From: Candidatus Omnitrophota bacterium
GTDB lineage: Bacteria > Omnitrophota > Omnitrophia > Omnitrophales > Aquincolibacteriaceae
Assembly (NCBI GenBank): GCA_030698625.1
Contig: JAUYMS010000028.1
Location: 3,854-67,853 of the forward strand
DNA: 64,000 nt
Direction: 5' to 3'
Below the pieces are notes generated by a model. That model was not told the DNA's origin. It did no database searches and saw nothing but the letters and a program-made list of their open reading frames with translations. Position numbers and translations under genes: made by a program. The stretch's first letter is position 1. Each line of letters opens with the position of its first letter. This document shows, piece after piece, positions 19,252 through 28,505 of the stretch.

Positions 19252-20841
19252 ATGTCCATCCCTAAGCTCTCGCGATTTCTTCCCGGTCTGATCATCAGCG
19301 CAAGCGTCGGTATTCGCTTAGCAGGAATAACAAGGCCCCTATTGGGGAATTTTGCGGTCTACGGATCGGCACAAGCGATGATCGCGCGGTTTTTTTTGGA
19401 AGGTCCGTTCTCGAGTCTTCTGTATCCGCGTATTAATGTGCTGGTCAACGGAGAGCCGTCTCTTATTCTGCTCTACTATCCGATTAGTTCACTCATCGCA
19501 GCTGCTATGCATACGCTCTTCGGCGGCTCTCTGGATGTGTGGGGCAGGCTTCAAGCCGTCGTGTTCTTTGGCTTGGCGGCGGCATTCCTTTATCGATTAA
19601 TTAGGAAAGTTGCGGATGAAAAAATGGCGGTCGCAGGTTTGACTGCCTTCTGCCTCTTTCCGCTCACGATTATCTACGGGCAGAGCTTTCAAAATGAGAT
19701 GGCTACCATCTTTTTCAGTGTGGGTTTCTTTTGGTACTGGTTACGTCTCGTCGAAACGGGAAAAAAATACCACATTCTCACTGCGGCGATGATGCTGACC
19801 GGAGTTCTTCTGACGCGTCCGAATAATCTATATCTCCTGCTGCCGGCTCTCTATCTGGCGCTGATAAAGGGAAATAAGATTTCTATGGGGCGATTGCTGT
19901 TCTTTAGACTCGTGCCGTGCTTGCTCTTGAGCGCGGTCATCCCGGCCTTATGGTATTTTCATGTCTGGCGGGTATCGGTCGAAGAAAGTAATATTTACAG
20001 CACGATGTTTGCCCAGTTGATGGTGCGGTCGAGCTTTGTGAATCCAATCATTTTGACGGCCGACTATTACAAGAAGCTGTTCGATATGCTGGTAACTATG
20101 TCGTTTACCCCGATAGGTTTCACTCTCTTTGTGGCCGGATGTTTTCTGGCGATCCCCAGATGGCGCGAGGCCGGCTTTTTTGTGCTCTGGTGTCTGGCGT
20201 TTCTCGGTAGCTCCTTGCTCATTCCGAGGAAACTAATTGACCACGAGTTCTATCTGCTGCATTTTGTAACAGCCGGAGCCCCCCTTGTCGGGTTGGGGTT
20301 TTGTGCGATTGCGAGCATGTTTGGGCGTGAAATGCGCGGGCGAGGGGTGTTGCTTGGCTTTTTTTTGCTGTTGGCACTGGGCATGACAATGCGCTATGCC
20401 GCGCATCCTGCATTTAAGACTCCTGCCAGTGAAAGGCATTTCATCGAATTGGCCCAGAAGGTGAATTCGTTAACGGAGAAAGCGAGAAGTCGAATCGTCT
20501 TTCAGGGGACTCATACGCTTTTGTACTATTCGGATCGCTACGGGTGGGGGTTTCACCTAAACCGGACCGGTGATATCGGGGATTACTATAAGCATATGAA
20601 TTGGCAAAAGCTCTCAGAGGAAGAGAGAGGAGCTCGCAACGAGGCGCGCCGTGAAGCAACCACGGATCTTGAATATCTGAGGGAGCATGAGGGGGCAACT
20701 CATTTTGTGGTAACGGATCTTGGCGAGTTTTACACGGATGCCAAGTTTGCCGACCATATGCACCAAACCTACCAGACCCTCTTTGTCGACAAAGAAGTCG
20801 GCATCATCTTTTCTCTAAGTTCTGAAGCCGTATCGCCTTAG
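19252..20841 (+). CDS. ArnT/PMT-like (GT39/GT83, GT-C) membrane glycosyltransferase
   Basis: Multi-TM protein; AMIARFF, WGRL and YGQSFQNE motifs. Confidence 0.7.
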   Translation: MSIPKLSRFLPGLIISASVGIRLAGITRPLLGNFAVYGSAQAMIARFFLEGPFSSLLYPRINVLVNGEPSLILLYYPISSLIAAAMHTLFGGSLDVWGRLQAVVFFGLAAAFLYRLIRKVADEKMAVAGLTAFCLFPLTIIYGQSFQNEMATIFFSVGFFWYWLRLVETGKKYHILTAAMMLTGVLLTRPNNLYLLLPALYLALIKGNKISMGRLLFFRLVPCLLLSAVIPALWYFHVWRVSVEESNIYSTMFAQLMVRSSFVNPIILTADYYKKLFDMLVTMSFTPIGFTLFVAGCFLAIPRWREAGFFVLWCLAFLGSSLLIPRKLIDHEFYLLHFVTAGAPLVGLGFCAIASMFGREMRGRGVLLGFFLLLALGMTMRYAAHPAFKTPASERHFIELAQKVNSLTEKARSRIVFQGTHTLLYYSDRYGWGFHLNRTGDIGDYYKHMNWQKLSEEERGARNEARREATTDLEYLREHEGATHFVVTDLGEFYTDAKFADHMHQTYQTLFVDKEVGIIFSLSSEAVSP

Positions 20842-20856
20842 CGGAGAGCCAAGTGC

Positions 20857-20908
20857 CTGTCCTGACACTGTCCTGACATCTTATGACATCTAATGAATAG
20901 TGTTGACC
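20857..20908 (+). repeat. Phased direct repeats: (CTGTCCTGACA)x2, then TGACA/TGAAT/TGACC at 10-bp spacing
   Basis: Cores start at 20863, 20874, 20884, 20894 and 20904. Confidence 0.75.
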
Positions 20909-20931
20909 AGTGCCAATGCAGATGCTATTTT
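20903..20931 (+). promoter_or_regulatory. Sigma70-like promoter TTGACC-N17-TATTTT (TGn extension) of the pse operon
   Basis: Box match and spacing; the -35 box coincides with the last phased repeat. Confidence 0.55.
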
Positions 20932-20962
20932 ACACGAAACTAACCAGAAGTAGGTCCTAGCG

Positions 20963-21265
20963 ATGGAAATCAAAGAGAACGAAATCTATACCCCGAAGGA
21001 AACCCAGGGGTTGCTTAAAGTCAGCGCGAGCACGATGACGCGCCTGATCAAAAGCGGTCTCATTCGTACGGCGAAGGTCGGAAAGCAATATCGCATCATG
21101 GGAAAAGAAATTTTGCGCATGCTGTCTCCCGAATTAGAGGACACGGTGGGCATGTTGTACAACAAGGGGAGGAATTGGGCTCATGAGAATCCCCGGCCGG
21201 AAAAGGCCCCTGAGTCGACTGCAAAAAAACTAAGCGGAGGAAACAGCAATGAATTGGAAAGATAA
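20963..21265 (+). CDS. Small MerR/excisionase-like helix-turn-helix protein (HTH_17 type)
   Basis: YTPKETQGLLKVSASTMTRLIKSGLIRTAKVGKQYRI. Confidence 0.85.
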   Translation: MEIKENEIYTPKETQGLLKVSASTMTRLIKSGLIRTAKVGKQYRIMGKEILRMLSPELEDTVGMLYNKGRNWAHENPRPEKAPESTAKKLSGGNSNELER

Positions 21266-22235
21266 AGTAGTTCTTATCACGGGCGGAACGGGGTCGTTCG
21301 GACAGAAGTTCGTGAAGACGATGCTCGAACAGTATCACCCTAAAAAGATCGTTATATTTAGCCGTGACGAACTCAAGCAGTTCGAAATGAGCCAGCGCAT
21401 CAATCACGCAAGCGTGCGTTATTTTATCGGAGACGTCCGCGACGTCGAACGGTTAAGGCGCGCTTTTTTCGGAGTGGATATCGTGGTTCATGCCGCGGCT
21501 CTGAAACAGGTCCCGTCATGTGAATATAACCCGTTCGAAGCGATCAAGACGAATGTCATCGGCGCTGAGAATGTGATTACGGCAGCTATTGACCGGGGCG
21601 TAAAAAAGGTGATCGCCCTGAGCACCGATAAAGCCGCAAACCCGATCAACCTTTACGGAGCGACAAAACTTTGTTCGGATAAACTTTTTATTGCAGGGAA
21701 TGCTTATGCCGGTGATCAGCCTACGCGTTTTAGCGTGGTTCGTTACGGAAATGTTATCGGATCGCGCGGAAGTGTTATCCCCGTGTTTAAGAAGAAGAGA
21801 GCTGAGGGGATGATTCCCATTACGGATGAGAGGATGACACGCTTCTGGATCACGCTGGAAAAGGGTGTCGAATTTGTGATTAAGTGTTTTGACATCATGC
21901 ATGGCGGCGAGCTTTTTATCCCCAAGATTCCCAGTATGCAGATTCTGAGTTTGAAACGGGCCATTGCACCCGAGTGTGCGCATACGGTTACCGGAATTAG
22001 GCCGGGAGAAAAGCTGCACGAGGTCCTACTGCCTACCGAGGAGGCGCATCGCGCGATTGAATTTGATGACATGTATGTTGTTGAGCCCAATTTCGAATGG
22101 TGGAAACCCGGTAATCACAGCGGCGGTAAGAAAATACCGGAAGATTTTGAATACCGCAGCAACACGAATGCCGATTGGTTATCGGAAGACGAACTCAAAC
22201 GCTGGCTAGAGGAATCTGACGCAAGTCATGGCTAA
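21249..22235 (+). CDS. pseB: UDP-GlcNAc 4,6-dehydratase (inverting)
   Basis: TGGTGSFG, SRDELKQ, HAAALKQVP, STDKA, YGATK, MTRFWITL, GIRPGEKLHE. Confidence 0.95.
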   Translation: MNWKDKVVLITGGTGSFGQKFVKTMLEQYHPKKIVIFSRDELKQFEMSQRINHASVRYFIGDVRDVERLRRAFFGVDIVVHAAALKQVPSCEYNPFEAIKTNVIGAENVITAAIDRGVKKVIALSTDKAANPINLYGATKLCSDKLFIAGNAYAGDQPTRFSVVRYGNVIGSRGSVIPVFKKKRAEGMIPITDERMTRFWITLEKGVEFVIKCFDIMHGGELFIPKIPSMQILSLKRAIAPECAHTVTGIRPGEKLHEVLLPTEEAHRAIEFDDMYVVEPNFEWWKPGNHSGGKKIPEDFEYRSNTNADWLSEDELKRWLEESDASHG

Positions 22236-23385
22236 AAGCCTACTGCCTTACGGCAAGCAGTGGATTGACAAAGACGACGTTCGGGGCGTGGTGCGCACGC
22301 TGCAATCCGATTTCATCACGCAGGGCCCGCGTATTGAGGAGTTCGAAAGACGGATCGCTGATTTTTGCGGGGCTCGATACGCGGTGGCATATTCGAGCGG
22401 TACTGCCGCGCTTCACGCCGCTTCTTATGCGATTGACCTTGGTCAGGGCGACGAGGCGATCACGTCGCCGATCAGCTTTATTGGGACTGCTAATGCCATC
22501 GTTTTCCAGCGTGCGCGTCCGGTTTTTGCCGATATCGAGCTCGACACGGTCAATCTTGATCCGAGTGAGGTCGAGAAAAGGATCACTTCACGCACGAAGG
22601 CCATTTTTGCCGTTGATTTCGCGGGCCATCCGGCCCCGCTCAGAGAACTCAAGCGTATCGCGAAAGCAAAAGGGCTCTATGTTGTCGAAGACGCGGCGCA
22701 TGCGCTAGGTGCGAAATATCACGGGCGTCGCGTTGGGGCATTGAGTGACATCTCCATTTTTAGCTTTCATCCGGTCAAGCATATCACGACAGGCGAAGGA
22801 GGCATGGCGCTGACAAACAACGCGAAATTGTGCCGCCGCCTGAGGTTGTTCAGAAATCACGGCATGGTTCGAAGCGATGAGCTTTCCGAAAAGCACGGGC
22901 CGTGGTACTACGCCATGGAAGACCTTGGGTACAACTACCGGGTGAGTGACATTCAATGTGCTTTGGGATTATCACAGTTCCGAAAAGTGGAGCGCTTTTT
23001 GAGATTACGCAGAAAATTGGCGGCTTCTTATCTTAAAAAGTTGAAGGGTGTGAGCGGGATCATCTTGCCGAAAGAGAAGATGGGGATTGAATCCTCCTAC
23101 CATCTCTTCGTGATTCAACTGAAGACGGCGCTTAAAGCACAGAGGCGTATTCTGTTTGAGGAGATGCGCCGTCGCGGCATCGGTGTGAACGTCCACTATA
23201 TTCCGATACACCTTCAACCCTATTATATTAAAAACTTTGCTTATAAAGCGGGAGACTATCCGAACGCCGAACTGTATTACTCTCGGGCATTGACATTGCC
23301 TTTGTTCCCCGCCATGCGTGAACGGGACGTAGACCAGGTCGTTCAGGTGCTTGTGAAAAGCCTGGCCGGGCTAAGGAGCGCCTAG
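22228..23385 (+). CDS. pseC: UDP-4-amino-4,6-dideoxy-N-acetyl-L-altrosamine transaminase
   Basis: PYGKQWID, ITQGP, SFHPVKHITTGEGG; directly follows pseB. Confidence 0.92.
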   Translation: MAKSLLPYGKQWIDKDDVRGVVRTLQSDFITQGPRIEEFERRIADFCGARYAVAYSSGTAALHAASYAIDLGQGDEAITSPISFIGTANAIVFQRARPVFADIELDTVNLDPSEVEKRITSRTKAIFAVDFAGHPAPLRELKRIAKAKGLYVVEDAAHALGAKYHGRRVGALSDISIFSFHPVKHITTGEGGMALTNNAKLCRRLRLFRNHGMVRSDELSEKHGPWYYAMEDLGYNYRVSDIQCALGLSQFRKVERFLRLRRKLAASYLKKLKGVSGIILPKEKMGIESSYHLFVIQLKTALKAQRRILFEEMRRRGIGVNVHYIPIHLQPYYIKNFAYKAGDYPNAELYYSRALTLPLFPAMRERDVDQVVQVLVKSLAGLRSA

Positions 23386-24872
23386 TGATGGGCGCAATAC
23401 TTTTACGTGCAGACGGTAACGCTCATATTGGGGTGGGGCACCTTATGCGGTGCCGCGCATTAGCGGAAGCCGCGAGCGTGCAGGGGATTCGCGCCTCGAT
23501 CGCGTCCGCTGACGATAGGACGGATGTTCCTGTTCTTCGTGTGAATGCGGCAAGCGGCACGGACAAGGACGCCAAGGCGACGATCGGTCTCGCGCGGCAG
23601 TGCGAATCATCGTGGATTGTCGTTGACGGTTATCAGTTTGGGGCCGGCTACCAGCGCGCTCTTAAAGATGCGGGGCTTTCGGTTCTCGTAATGGATGACG
23701 GAGGGCATTCGGAACATTATTCCGCGGACGTTATCGTGAATGCGAATGTGCATGCACACGATGACTTTTATCGCAGCCGTGAGCCTTACACGAAATTGTT
23801 GCTTGGCACGCGTTACGTTTTTATGCGGCAGGAGTTTCTAGAGTTCCGGAGGCAACGTAAGGCGCGTGGCAGTGTGAAGCGCGTCCTTGTGACGCTAGGC
23901 GGGGGCGACGCACCCAATGCCACGCTCGCTGTGCTGTTGGCGCTTAGCAAAATCACGAAGATGGACTTCGAAGTTGTTGTCGCGATCGGGCCCGAGAATC
24001 CTCATCGCGAGAGTTTGGAAGCCTTTGCTGCCGAAAGTGCTTTGGACGTGAAGCTTGAATCGGGCTTGAATCAAATGGCGCGTTTAATGGCTGAGTCAGA
24101 CATCGCTATCGCGGGTGCCGGATCAACGAGTTGGGAATTGGCATACATGGGCGTACCGCAATTGGCGGTGGTGATAGCGGAGAATCAACGTCCTGTTGCC
24201 GAGGAGCTGGAACGTCTTGGGGTTGTCATGAGGCTCGGGGATACTAGGGATCTCAAGGGCGAGGCTACCGCAAAAAAAATCGCCGAAGTATTCGGAGACG
24301 ATGGGATCCGGGAGCAGATGCGCCTTCGAGGGACGGCGCTTGTCGACGGATTAGGGGTAAGGCGGGTGCTGGCTGAAATGGGGCTCGGGGAGTTTTCGTT
24401 GAGACGAGCGCGTCCCGATGACTGCGAACATCTCTATGAGTGGAATAATCAGGCGGATGTGCGGGCCGTCTCATTTTCGACGGATCCTATTCCTTACGAG
24501 AGTCACCGGAAATGGTTTGCTGCAAAATTGAGTGATCCGGCATGTCGGATCTATATTGCCTTGGATCGCCAGGGTGCGCGAATGGGCCAGGTTCGTTATG
24601 AAATCAGCGGAAATGAAGCCGAAGTCGCCATCGTGGTGGATTCGCGTTATCGAGGCAAGCAGTACGGGGCTCTCATGATAGAACGTGCCACCCAAATTGT
24701 CAGAGCGGAGGGCGCAATCGAAATCGTTCACGCTTATATAAGGGGTGATAATGAAAAATCGAGCGGTGCTTTCCGTGCCGCCGGGTTCGTCGACGCGGGA
24801 AAGGTGAGTATTAAAGGCTGTGAGGCGGCGCACTATCTATATGAAAAGCAAAATATTACCGCAGGCATCTAA
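23385..24872 (+). CDS. pseG: PseG UDP-sugar hydrolase fused to a C-terminal PseH-like GNAT acetyltransferase
   Basis: RADG..IGVGHLMRC, VTLGGGD, AGSTSWEL, AENQ, VDGLG; C-terminal GNAT (RYRGKQYG, NEKS..AF..AGF). Confidence 0.88.
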   Translation: MMGAILLRADGNAHIGVGHLMRCRALAEAASVQGIRASIASADDRTDVPVLRVNAASGTDKDAKATIGLARQCESSWIVVDGYQFGAGYQRALKDAGLSVLVMDDGGHSEHYSADVIVNANVHAHDDFYRSREPYTKLLLGTRYVFMRQEFLEFRRQRKARGSVKRVLVTLGGGDAPNATLAVLLALSKITKMDFEVVVAIGPENPHRESLEAFAAESALDVKLESGLNQMARLMAESDIAIAGAGSTSWELAYMGVPQLAVVIAENQRPVAEELERLGVVMRLGDTRDLKGEATAKKIAEVFGDDGIREQMRLRGTALVDGLGVRRVLAEMGLGEFSLRRARPDDCEHLYEWNNQADVRAVSFSTDPIPYESHRKWFAAKLSDPACRIYIALDRQGARMGQVRYEISGNEAEVAIVVDSRYRGKQYGALMIERATQIVRAEGAIEIVHAYIRGDNEKSSGAFRAAGFVDAGKVSIKGCEAAHYLYEKQNITAGI

Positions 24873-25914
24873 GATCCATATAGGCGGACGACGGATAGGT
24901 CCGGGGGAACCCGTCTATATTGTGGCCGAGATGTCTGCGAACCATCATCAAGATTATGAGGAGGCCGTAAACATTCTGCGTGCGGCTAAAGACGCCGGAG
25001 CGGATGCCGTGAAAATCCAGACTTATACGGCTGATACGATTACCCTCCGTTCGGACAAAGATTTTTTTCGCCTTAGCGGCGGGACTCTTTGGGATGGGCG
25101 TCAGCTTCACGACCTTTATCGCGAGGCCTATACTCCGTGGGAGTGGCAGCCCAGACTTAAAGCCATCGCGGAGGAGATCGGCCTGGATCTTTTTTCGGCG
25201 GCATTTGATCCGACCGCTGTCGAATTTTTGGAAAATATGGGCGTGCCTGTACACAAGGTTGCATCCTTTGAAATTGTAGATATCCCGCTCATTCGGTGCA
25301 TGGCTCGAACAGGAAAGCCTCTAATTATTTCAACAGGCATGGCCTCCCGTGAAGAAATTGGGGAGGCCGTGGAGGCTGCCCGCCAAAGCGGTGCTGTGGA
25401 AATCGCCATTTTGAAATGCACCAGCGCTTATCCGGCCCCGCCAGCAGAAATGAATCTTTTGGCCATTCCCGATTTGGCAGCTGCCTTTGAGGTGCCTGTA
25501 GGGCTTTCCGATCACACCCTCGGGATTACCGTCCCGGTGGCAGGCGTAACTTTGGGAGCGTGCATTGTTGAAAAGCATCTGACGATGACACGCTCAAAGC
25601 CGGGGCCGGATTCCGCCTTTTCTCTAGAACCTCATGAATTTAAATACATGGTAGATGCAATTCGGACCGCCGAAAAGTCGCTAGGGCGGGCGGACGCTTT
25701 GCCGAGTGAGCGTGAGCTTCCGATGCGCTCGCTCAGGCGCTCTCTCTTTGTGGTTGCCGATGTAAAGGCCGGAGATTTGATTACCGAAAGGAATGTTCGT
25801 TCCATTCGGCCTGGGTATGGACTTCACACGCGCCACATGGGCGAGGTGATCGGCAGACGAGCCGTGCGCGATCTTGAAAAAGGGACTCCGTTGGCATGGG
25901 AGATGCTGACATGA
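24841..25914 (+). CDS. pseI: Pseudaminic acid synthase
   Basis: AEMSANH, KIQTYTADTIT, KVASFE, KCTSAYP, GLSDHT, C-terminal SAF domain (RSIRPGYGL). Confidence 0.93.
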   Translation: MKSKILPQASKIHIGGRRIGPGEPVYIVAEMSANHHQDYEEAVNILRAAKDAGADAVKIQTYTADTITLRSDKDFFRLSGGTLWDGRQLHDLYREAYTPWEWQPRLKAIAEEIGLDLFSAAFDPTAVEFLENMGVPVHKVASFEIVDIPLIRCMARTGKPLIISTGMASREEIGEAVEAARQSGAVEIAILKCTSAYPAPPAEMNLLAIPDLAAAFEVPVGLSDHTLGITVPVAGVTLGACIVEKHLTMTRSKPGPDSAFSLEPHEFKYMVDAIRTAEKSLGRADALPSERELPMRSLRRSLFVVADVKAGDLITERNVRSIRPGYGLHTRHMGEVIGRRAVRDLEKGTPLAWEMLT

Positions 25915-26477
25915 GCATCCTAAGCGAAACTCAGAATAAATTGCGCGGCAAAAAGTTCAATCTGCGCCCGCTAGTCGTCGCAGACGTTTCGGACGCATAT
26001 ATAGGCTGGCTCAATGACCCGGTTGTGAATCAGTTTCTTGAAGCAAGATTTTCAAAACAGAGCACCGAAACGGCGCGTGCCTATGTTGCGGGTTATTACG
26101 AGGGTGGCGAGAAATATATTTGGGGAATTTATCCTCAAGGATCTAAAGACTTCATCGGAACGGCGACGCTTAGTGAGATTCGACCGGAGCACGGATGGGG
26201 AGAAATCGGACTGCTGATCGGAGATAAGCTTTTTTGGGGCAAAAATGCTTCAACGGAGGCGCTGGATTTAGTCGTCAAGTTCGGTTTTCAGGTCTTGAAG
26301 CTCCGGCGGCTCACCGGGGGCAGTTACGCACCAAATCTTGGTATGAACTTTACTTTTAAGCGTTGCGGTTTCCGCTGCGAGGCGAAATTGGTTCGGGCCT
26401 ATCGGCTAGGCGAGAATCAGTACGTCGACGGTTACCGTTGGGGCTTGTTGGCAGAGGAATGGAGGGAACGCAAGTGA
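25911..26477 (+). CDS. GNAT acyltransferase (RimJ/RimL-like)
   Basis: YIGWLNDP, EIGLLIGDKLFWGK; ATGA coupled to pseI. Confidence 0.8.
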   Translation: MSILSETQNKLRGKKFNLRPLVVADVSDAYIGWLNDPVVNQFLEARFSKQSTETARAYVAGYYEGGEKYIWGIYPQGSKDFIGTATLSEIRPEHGWGEIGLLIGDKLFWGKNASTEALDLVVKFGFQVLKLRRLTGGSYAPNLGMNFTFKRCGFRCEAKLVRAYRLGENQYVDGYRWGLLAEEWRERK

Positions 26478-28270
26478 ACGCCATATTCGATGCCCTCAAG
26501 CCGACGCCTGCGTCCTATCTAAAAGCAGAACGGGAGATTTCGACGGGAAAGGAGGGCTCGCTCAGGCATGTGCGCGTTGCCGTGCTTGGGACTTTCACGA
26601 CAAACTATTTGAAGCCTTATCTTACTGTAGAGGGCGCGCGCCGCGGATTGTCGATTGATGCCTATTTCGGTCCGTTTAACCAAATGGAGCAGGAAACCCT
26701 TGATGAATCGAGTGCGCTCTATCAGTTCGACCCCGACGTTGTGATTGTTGCCTCGCGCCTGGAAGAAATGACGCCCGATCTGGTAAACCGGTTCTTGAAG
26801 TTAAGCGCAGAGGAAATCGATGCTCTCGGTGAGCGTTCTCTGGAGCGCTTACGGGCGCTTCTGCAGGCTGTGCGGCAGAAGACGGCCGCCACAGTTCTTC
26901 TATTTAACTTTGCGCCGCCGTCGCTGCTCAACGCGGGTCTGGCAGATGCGGGAATGGTAGATTCGCAGACCGCTGTGATTTCGCGGCTCAACGGGAGCTT
27001 GGCGCGAGTGGCCGGAAGTCTGAGCGGGGTTTTTGTTTTTGATTTGGCTCGCGTCATTACCGAGGTCGGGATTCGGAGGGCATTTGATGCCAAGCTCTGG
27101 CATATGGCACGACTCCCGTTTAGCGTGGATGCCCAGATTGCGATCGGGGAGCGTTTGGCTCGTACAATTCGTGCTGCGGTTTTGCCGCCGTGTAAATGTC
27201 TCGCCGTCGATCTGGATAATACGCTATGGGGCGGTGTGGTTGGGGAGGACGGCCTCGGAGGGATTGCGCTCGGAGATGAATGCCCGGGCAATGCTTATAA
27301 GGATTTCCAGCGCGAATTGCTTTCTCTGCGCGATCGCGGCGTGTTGTTGGCTATTGCGAGCAAGAATAACGAGGACGACGCGCTGGCCGTATTCGACAAA
27401 CACCCGGACTGTCTTTTAAAGCGAGAGCATTTTGCTGCAACGCAGATTCACTGGGGGGATAAGGCGGAAAGTTTGCTTGCGATTGCTCAGGAACTCAATT
27501 TGGGGCTCGACTCGGTGGCGTTCCTCGATGACAGCCCTGCAGAAAGGGAGTGGGTGCGCATGAAAATGCCGGAAGTCCTGGTCTTGGATTTTCCGGCAGG
27601 ACCGCCGACTTTTCGAACGATCGAGGAGTCGGGTGCCTTTGACCAACTTGTCATATCCGGAGAGGATCGAGAGAGGACGATTTTTTACCAGCGCGAGAGT
27701 GAAAGGTCGAAGCTGCAAACCCAAAGTGTTTCATTAGAAGAATTCCTGGGGGACCTCGATATTACGGTATCCATCGGTCAAGTGGATAACGATACGCTGC
27801 CTCGCGTCGCTCAGCTCGTAGGAAAGACAAATCAATTCAATCTGACCACGCGGCGGCATACCGAAGGGGCCATTTCAGACATGCTTAGCCGGGGTTGCAT
27901 CGCGCTTTGGATGCGCGTTAAGGACCGCTTCGGTGACTACGGACTGGTGGGGGTTGCGTTGGCGATGCCGTTAACAGCAAAGCGTTGGGAAATTGATACG
28001 TTTCTACTCAGCTGCCGCATGATCGGACGCCGCGCCGAAGATGCGCTTCTGGCTGTTCTGATCAGGCAGATTAGCGCCCGGGGAGGGGAAGTGGTTGAGG
28101 GGGTGTATATCCCCACAGCCAAGAATGCGCAGGTTAAAGCCTTTTTCCCCGCACGCGGCTTTCGGGTATGTGGGACGGAAACCGACCGCTGGGAGTGGGA
28201 TCTTTCTCAGGGGAGCTATCTCGCGCCGGATCTTTTGAAAGTGAGATTTGATGATGAGTCCGATGACTGA
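26474..28270 (+). CDS. FkbH-like HAD-IIIC glyceryl transferase/phosphatase
   Basis: DLDNTLWGG, SKNN, FLDDSPAER, KTNQFNLTT, DRFGDYG, LSCR. Confidence 0.92.
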   Translation: MNAIFDALKPTPASYLKAEREISTGKEGSLRHVRVAVLGTFTTNYLKPYLTVEGARRGLSIDAYFGPFNQMEQETLDESSALYQFDPDVVIVASRLEEMTPDLVNRFLKLSAEEIDALGERSLERLRALLQAVRQKTAATVLLFNFAPPSLLNAGLADAGMVDSQTAVISRLNGSLARVAGSLSGVFVFDLARVITEVGIRRAFDAKLWHMARLPFSVDAQIAIGERLARTIRAAVLPPCKCLAVDLDNTLWGGVVGEDGLGGIALGDECPGNAYKDFQRELLSLRDRGVLLAIASKNNEDDALAVFDKHPDCLLKREHFAATQIHWGDKAESLLAIAQELNLGLDSVAFLDDSPAEREWVRMKMPEVLVLDFPAGPPTFRTIEESGAFDQLVISGEDRERTIFYQRESERSKLQTQSVSLEEFLGDLDITVSIGQVDNDTLPRVAQLVGKTNQFNLTTRRHTEGAISDMLSRGCIALWMRVKDRFGDYGLVGVALAMPLTAKRWEIDTFLLSCRMIGRRAEDALLAVLIRQISARGGEVVEGVYIPTAKNAQVKAFFPARGFRVCGTETDRWEWDLSQGSYLAPDLLKVRFDDESDD

Positions 28271-28505
28271 AGACAGGCTTTGCCGGGTCCTTGCCGAAGT
28301 ATTCGGTGTGCCGGCGGAACAGATTAACGAAGACAGCAGCCCGGATACCATCGAGAATTGGGATTCCGCATCGCATATCAATATGATCTTGTCTCTTGAA
28401 TCGGAGTTCGATGTGAAGCTGACCCCCGAGCATGCCATGGAGATGTTGTCGGTAAAGCTCATTCGGATGATTTTGGAAGAGCTCGGGGTTAAAGATTTCA
28501 AATGA
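28248..28505 (+). CDS. Acyl carrier protein (start may be 28263)
   Basis: Small acidic protein with a WDS phosphopantetheine site. Confidence 0.88.
   Translation: MMMSPMTEDRLCRVLAEVFGVPAEQINEDSSPDTIENWDSASHINMILSLESEFDVKLTPEHAMEMLSVKLIRMILEELGVKDFK

Noticed and set aside
20857-20908. Repeats as a CRISPR array or iterons
   Set aside because: Units are 10-11 bp with no spacers, and there are no cas or rep genes
20963-21265. HTH protein as a prophage/ICE excisionase
   Set aside because: No integrase, tRNA or att-like site nearby; it overlaps pseB and fits an operon regulator
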